A stretch of 64,000 bases of DNA from Bacillota bacterium (GTDB lineage Bacteria; Bacillota; Desulfitobacteriia; Desulfitobacteriales; JAJXUE01), in assembly GCA_021783135.1 (NCBI GenBank), contig JAJXUE010000001.1, positions 111,055-175,054 on the forward strand, given 5' to 3'. Below the pieces are notes generated by a model. The model made no database searches. It saw nothing but the letters and a program-made list of their open reading frames with translations, and was not told the DNA's origin. This document shows, one piece after another, positions 57,560-64,000 of the stretch; the stretch's first letter is position 1; every line of letters begins with the position of its first letter. The translations under genes and the position numbers were made by a program.

Positions 57560-58189
57560 TTGGGTAATGTCCATGTGTTTGACCATCCATTAATACAACA
57601 TAAAATTAGCTTGATACGCGACAAAACAACCGGATCTAAGGAGTTTCGCGAGCTTGTAGAAGAGGTCGCCATGTTAATGGCCTTTGAGGTAACGCGTGAC
57701 TTTCCTTTGCAAGAAGTAATAGTTGAAACTCCTGTAGCAGCGGCAAAGTGCAAAGTTCTCGCCGGCAAAAAGGTAGCGCTTGTGCCTATCCTTAGGGCAG
57801 GCTTGGGCATGGTAGATGGGGTATTAAAACTCATACCGGCGGCCAAAGTTGGTCATGTCGGTCTGTACCGGGATCCGGAAACGCTTAAACCGGTCGAGTA
57901 CTATTGCAAGTTACCCACCGATGTCAATGAGCGGGATTTAATCGTAATTGATCCGATGCTGGCGACGGGTGGCTCTGCTACGGCAGCTATTCAGTTTTTG
58001 AAACAGCGCGGGGTAAAAAATATTAAACTGATGTGCCTGATAGCTGCGCCTGAGGGAATTGCGGCGGTTCATGCTGTCCATCCTGAGGTCGAAATTTTTG
58101 CCGGCAATGTTGATGAAAAACTTAACGATCACGGCTATATCGTTCCGGGTTTGGGTGATGCGGGCGACCGCTTGTTTGGCACGAAATAA
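57560..58189 (+). CDS. upp: Uracil phosphoribosyltransferase
   Basis: [16 protein letters not shown]-terminus and the [13 protein letters not shown] motif. Confidence 0.96.
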   Translation: MGNVHVFDHPLIQHKISLIRDKTTGSKEFRELVEEVAMLMAFEVTRDFPLQEVIVETPVAAAKCKVLAGKKVALVPILRAGLGMVDGVLKLIPAAKVGHVGLYRDPETLKPVEYYCKLPTDVNERDLIVIDPMLATGGSATAAIQFLKQRGVKNIKLMCLIAAPEGIAAVHAVHPEVEIFAGNVDEKLNDHGYIVPGLGDAGDRLFGTK

Positions 58190-58213
58190 CGGGTGGAAAC
58201 AGGGGTGCGCTAA

Positions 58214-59383
58214 GTGGCAAGATTACGCATAATGACCGTCTTTGGGACTAGGCCTGAGGCTATAAAAATGGCCCCTGTCATCAAGGAATTACAAAAGTGG
58301 CCGGAACTAATTGAGCCGCTTATCACGGTTACAGCCCAACACCGCGAAATGTTGGACCAGGTGCTCGTGCTATTTAACATTAAACCAGATTATGACCTAA
58401 ATATTATGCAACCAAACCAGACGTTGCACGACATTACCTCCCGTGTGCTGCTCGGCATAAGGGATGTAATTGCAGCGGCGAAGCCAGATATGATTTTGGT
58501 CCACGGTGACACTACTACTACTTTTGCAGCAGCTTTAGCCGGTTTTTATGCGCAGATACCGGTGGGACATGTTGAGGCCGGGTTGCGAACCGGTGATAAA
58601 TATTCGCCCTTTCCGGAAGAAATGAATCGCAAACTTACCGGAGCAGTGGCTGAACTGCATTTTGCACCTACCGCTACATCACGGGATAATCTACTGGCAG
58701 AGGGAGTGTCCCCGCAGAATATTTTTATTACCGGGAACACAGTTATCGATGCCTTGATGCATACCGTTCGCGGCAATTATGCATTCCAAGAGTCTTCGCT
58801 GCAAAGTATTGATTACGCGAACAGCAGGATTATTTTGGTAACCACCCATCGTCGCGAAAATTTAGGCGAACCGATGCGGCATATATACCTGGCACTTCGG
58901 CAAATAGTTGAGGAATATCGAGATGTACAGGTAGTATTTCCTATGCATAAAAACCCCGCAGTGCGCCAGACGGTAAATGACGTATTGGGAGGTTTGGAGC
59001 GAGTTCATTTAATTGAACCTTTGGAATATCAGCCGTTTGTTAACCTTATGGCGAAGTCATTTATCATTCTTACTGATTCCGGGGGGATCCAAGAGGAATC
59101 ACCCGCGCTAGGTAAGCCGGTGTTGGTTTTACGTGAAACGACCGAAAGACCGGAAGCGGTCACAGCAGGCACGGTAAAACTGGTGGGTACCTCGCAAAGT
59201 GCTGTATATACCGGCACCAAAATGTTGCTGGATAATCCGGAACTTTATCTTAAAATGGCTAACGCCGTAAACCCTTACGGCGATGGACAGGCTGCTGCGC
59301 GAACTGTACAAGCGATTCTCAGTCATTTTCAAGGCATAACTAAGCGTCCGGATGACTTTAAACCAGTCTTTAAACCAGTATAG
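58214..59383 (+). CDS. wecB: UDP-N-acetylglucosamine 2-epimerase (non-hydrolysing)
   Basis: VFGTRPEAIKMAPV, VHGDTTTT, HVEAGLRT and TDSGGIQEE motifs. Confidence 0.93.
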   Translation: MARLRIMTVFGTRPEAIKMAPVIKELQKWPELIEPLITVTAQHREMLDQVLVLFNIKPDYDLNIMQPNQTLHDITSRVLLGIRDVIAAAKPDMILVHGDTTTTFAAALAGFYAQIPVGHVEAGLRTGDKYSPFPEEMNRKLTGAVAELHFAPTATSRDNLLAEGVSPQNIFITGNTVIDALMHTVRGNYAFQESSLQSIDYANSRIILVTTHRRENLGEPMRHIYLALRQIVEEYRDVQVVFPMHKNPAVRQTVNDVLGGLERVHLIEPLEYQPFVNLMAKSFIILTDSGGIQEESPALGKPVLVLRETTERPEAVTAGTVKLVGTSQSAVYTGTKMLLDNPELYLKMANAVNPYGDGQAAARTVQAILSHFQGITKRPDDFKPVFKPV

Positions 59384-59554
59384 AAAATTCAGCAAATTAT
59401 GAAAAAGGGGATAATTGTTAGCAGGAAAATTGCAAAGCTTGTAGAATATTACATTGCTGTAACTTGATTGCTAAATTTGTTCAAGACTTGCGCTTGCAGC
59501 GTTGATTTGGTATTATTAACTCGAAAAATTTACATATTCAAGGAACTGAGGCAA

Positions 59555-59779
59555 TTGTTTAACAATAAGCTGTTACGTTATCTCGCCTTGGGCACGAGTA
59601 TGGCCAGTAGCTTTGTAGTTTCCGTATTGATGGGCTTATTCGCTGGTAATTTTCTTGATCAGAAGTACGGAACAGCCCCTTGGCTGTTACTTGTCGGCGT
59701 TTTTTCAGGAATAGGTTTGGGGGTAATATCTTCTGTGCATATTATTAAATTATTAGGACGTAACGACGATAGTGAATGA
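59555..59779 (+). CDS. AtpZ/AtpI-family small membrane protein preceding the atp operon
   Basis: TTG 59555 lies 9 nt after AAGGAA. The product is about 74 aa with two TM segments. The upstream part of the track ORF looks non-coding. Confidence 0.55.
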   Translation: MFNNKLLRYLALGTSMASSFVVSVLMGLFAGNFLDQKYGTAPWLLLVGVFSGIGLGVISSVHIIKLLGRNDDSE

Positions 59780-60137
59780 GTTAGCAAAGTTGATGCATAA
59801 GGGACGCAAGGTCAATGGAATTTTATTGGGTTTGACCGGCGTTGTTGCGGTGATGTTTGCTAACTCCTTATTTTGGCCAGGCGCCTTAGTAGGCTTGTTA
59901 GTAGGAGCAATAAATCTGGAAATACTATTTAGTCGAATGCGTAAGAGTGAAAATAACCCGCAAATGCTACAGCGGACAGGCTTAACTCAACGCTTCGGCA
60001 TGGCAACCTTGGGTATTTTGGTTGTTATCAAGTTTAAGTTAGGCCTAGCAGGGTTTTTTCTTGGCTTGATGCTGCCACACATAATAGTTAGTTTGCTTTA
60101 TGTGCTGCCAAATCCAAAGAAGGAAAGGGGTGAATAA
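59772..60137 (+). CDS. atpI: ATP synthase protein I
   Basis: 121 aa with 3-4 TM segments, directly upstream of atpB. Confidence 0.7.
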   Translation: MNELAKLMHKGRKVNGILLGLTGVVAVMFANSLFWPGALVGLLVGAINLEILFSRMRKSENNPQMLQRTGLTQRFGMATLGILVVIKFKLGLAGFFLGLMLPHIIVSLLYVLPNPKKERGE

Positions 60138-60142
60138 AGGAA

Positions 60143-60892
60143 TTGAACGAACAACCAATTTTATGGCACTTAGGTTCAACTACTTTTAATGGTAAGACCT
60201 TGACAATGACCTGGATTGTAATGGTGGTAATCCTAATCTTTTGCTTTTTTGCAACGCGTAAAGCAACCTCAGGTAAACCTACGGGAGCCCAAAATGTGCT
60301 TGAGTGGCTCTTCGATTTTATTCGATCCATGATTTCGGAAAGTGTGGACTGGAAAAAGGGTGGCTCACTATTTAGTTACTTGGTAACTTTGATAATGTTC
60401 CTCTTTTTTGCAAACATGCTTGGCTTAGTGCCCAATATCACATTCGGTATTTTTCATAATGTTCATTTTGCCCAACTCAATGAGATATTCTCGGGGCCGA
60501 CATTCAGTAGCCCTACGGCAGATGTTAATACCACCGGAGCTTTGGCGATATTAACTTTGATTTTGTTTAATGCCTATGGGTTTAAATTTCACAAAGTAAA
60601 GTATCTCAAGCATTTTATTGAACCATTTGCCTTTTTCTTGCCTATTAATATAGTTGAGCTTGTCGCTAAACCAATGACGTTGGCAATGCGTCTTTTCGGC
60701 AACATCTTTGCCGGGGAAGTATTGATTAAGCTAATCTTAAGCCTGCCGGGTTTAGCGCTAATTGCCGGGGGAGTAATTTTAAACCCCATTTGGTTAGGTT
60801 TCAGCGTATTCGTAGGAGTTATTCAGGCCTTTGTGTTTACTGCCTTGACCCTGGCTTATGTTAACCAGTCTATAGGCAGTGATGAACATTAG
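60143..60892 (+). CDS. atpB: F0F1 ATP synthase subunit a
   Basis: LAMRLFGNIFAGE motif containing the conserved Arg. Confidence 0.95.
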   Translation: MNEQPILWHLGSTTFNGKTLTMTWIVMVVILIFCFFATRKATSGKPTGAQNVLEWLFDFIRSMISESVDWKKGGSLFSYLVTLIMFLFFANMLGLVPNITFGIFHNVHFAQLNEIFSGPTFSSPTADVNTTGALAILTLILFNAYGFKFHKVKYLKHFIEPFAFFLPINIVELVAKPMTLAMRLFGNIFAGEVLIKLILSLPGLALIAGGVILNPIWLGFSVFVGVIQAFVFTALTLAYVNQSIGSDEH

Positions 60893-60943
60893 GGGAACAC
60901 TAACCCTTATTGCGAGCTCGTTGCTCGCTAAATCCGATATTAG

Positions 60944-61192
<249 letters not shown>

Positions 61193-61277
61193 CAATTTTA
61201 GGTGCAAATCGGGCGTTGGCGGGGGAAAACCCCGCTGCGCCTTGCTTTGTAACCACTTTTGAGAGGGGGGAATCCTC

Positions 61278-61778
61278 GTGGAAATCTTGCATATTGACGC
61301 TACTCTAATTGCCCAGATTGTGTCCTTTTTAATTCTTTTAGCGATATTAAGTAAGTTTGCGTACCGTCCATTACTCGGTGCGTTAGAGAAGCGTAGTCAA
61401 TATATAGAAGATAACATTAAAAGCGCTGAACAAGCGAAGGCTGAAGCGCAACAAATCAAGATAGACTTTGAAACTGAGCTGCGTCAGGCTAGGGTGGAAG
61501 CGCAGGCGATTATCGAGCGCGCGTCGAAAGCGGGCGAAGAGCGCGGCAAAGAAATTATTGCCGAATCATCGGCTGAAGCCGACAGATTGAAGAAAATAGC
61601 TCTGGCCGAGATCGAGCTGGAAAAGCAAAAAGCCATGTCCGAATTGCATGATCAGGTTGCAAATCTGGCCCTGCTGGTGGCCGGTAAGCTTGTGCAAAAC
61701 AACCTGAACATGGATCCAGCAGCACAAGGCGCGCTGGTAAATCAGTTCGTTAAAGAGGTAGGGGACTTGCCATGTTAA
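61278..61778 (+). CDS. atpF: F0F1 ATP synthase subunit b
   Basis: A single N-terminal TM segment followed by a long charged helix. Confidence 0.9.
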   Translation: MEILHIDATLIAQIVSFLILLAILSKFAYRPLLGALEKRSQYIEDNIKSAEQAKAEAQQIKIDFETELRQARVEAQAIIERASKAGEERGKEIIAESSAEADRLKKIALAEIELEKQKAMSELHDQVANLALLVAGKLVQNNLNMDPAAQGALVNQFVKEVGDLPC

Positions 61779-62305
61779 GCGAGGCTGTTGCACGTAAATA
61801 CGCCCAGGCTTTGTTTGATATAGCCGCAGAAGTTAATCTGGTTGACCGGTTTACGGATGAACTTAAACTGGTTGTCGACACTTTAGCTGAGCATCCGGAT
61901 TTTCAAAGGGTGCTAAATCATCCGCATATAACGCCTGAAGCCAAACAGAAATTGGTGGCAGAGGTTTTTGGGGGTGCTTTTTCGGCGCAAATGCAGAATT
62001 TTCTGAACCTAATTATCGATCGGCGTCGACAAGTCTACTTGAGGGACATTTATCATGTTTATAAGACGCTAGCTGACATTAGTCATAACCTCGTTGAAGT
62101 ACAGGTTAAAGGCGCTGTTGCCTTAGACCAAGCACAACAGGCAAGTTTAAGCGACAGTCTGGCGAAATTAACCGGTAAGTTAGTGCGACTGGTAGCCCAA
62201 GTGGACCCGTCCCTTATCGGGGGTGTGGTTGTCAAGATCGGCGACCGGGTTTATGATGGCAGCGTGGCCGGGCGCCTGGCCAAACTTAAGGAAGCCCTCG
62301 TGTAA
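61772..62305 (+). CDS. atpH: F0F1 ATP synthase subunit delta
   Basis: The ARKYAQALFDIA N-terminus typical of OSCP/delta, plus its operon position. Confidence 0.9.
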   Translation: MLSEAVARKYAQALFDIAAEVNLVDRFTDELKLVVDTLAEHPDFQRVLNHPHITPEAKQKLVAEVFGGAFSAQMQNFLNLIIDRRRQVYLRDIYHVYKTLADISHNLVEVQVKGAVALDQAQQASLSDSLAKLTGKLVRLVAQVDPSLIGGVVVKIGDRVYDGSVAGRLAKLKEALV

Positions 62306-62329
62306 TACAAGAAGGACAGGGGTGAATGA

Positions 62330-63844
<1,515 letters not shown>

Positions 63845-63877
63845 TGACTGCAAGAGAGGTTAAGGTGGTGAAAAAAT

Positions 63878-64000
63878 TTGGCCGGAGTTCGTGACATTCG
63901 GCGACGCATTCGAAGTGTAAAGAATACTCAACAAATCACCAAGGCCATGAAGATGGTTGCGGCAGCTAAGCTACGCAAGGCTCAAGAACGTGTTATAGCA
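63878..64000 (+). CDS. atpG: F0F1 ATP synthase subunit gamma (N-terminal 41 codons; continues beyond the window)
   Basis: It is absent from the ORF track. TTG 63878 follows GAGGTTAAGGTGGTG. Translation is [41 protein letters not shown]. Confidence 0.9.
   Translation, partial: MAGVRDIRRRIRSVKNTQQITKAMKMVAAAKLRKAQERVIA

Overview
This is a chromosomal window from an endospore-forming Firmicute. It is probably a Clostridia/Peptococcaceae-type anaerobe, inferred from a lonC-like gene next to dnaB, sleB-ypeB, spo0F, futalosine (mqn) genes, a SCIFF peptide and a group-4 hydrogenase. I call about 70 protein-coding genes, of which one is frameshifted and two are shorter than the 60-aa ORF-track cut-off. 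I also call 4 tRNAs (a Lys-Glu-Phe cluster and a solitary Gly), plus sigma-A-like promoters, intrinsic terminators and short tandem repeats read by eye. I saw no rRNA, CRISPR, transposase, integrase or recognisable defence genes. Most of the window is housekeeping and syntenic with two B. subtilis regions. The first is dnaB...purA...yycJ-htrA-rlmH. The second is ywiB-argS-rpoE-pyrG-spo0F-fba-tal-glpX...rpmE-prfA-prmC-ywlC-mntP-ywlE-rpiB-ywlG-glyA-upp-atpIBEFHAG. The non-housekeeping parts are five. (1) 9.9-16.2 kb: tRNA-Gly, an HTH gene carrying a 23-unit 9-bp tandem array, and an unannotated 46-aa SCIFF (ranthipeptide) precursor with its radical-SAM maturase. The maturase is followed tightly by a cytoplasmic DmsA-like molybdopterin oxidoreductase and a membrane-anchored TPR/mono-haem cytochrome c protein. 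(2) 23.0-28.8 kb: the only minus-strand block, comprising a CxxC mini-protein, etfBA, an MBL hydrolase, a long acyl-CoA dehydrogenase and an alpha/beta hydrolase. A 40-bp FadR-box-like palindrome lies upstream of etfB. (3) A frameshifted M29 aminopeptidase. (4) 30.4-37.8 kb: a six-gene Hyf-like group-4 [NiFe]-hydrogenase module with no visible electron-donor or maturation genes, a fused HycF-HycG subunit, and a large subunit that ends at the processing arginine. (5) Candidate leader/attenuator elements upstream of ywiB-argS, pyrG and the FAD-protein-purBA operon. All product calls rest on motif and family recognition from memory; no database search was possible. Start codons, promoters and terminators are manual estimates.
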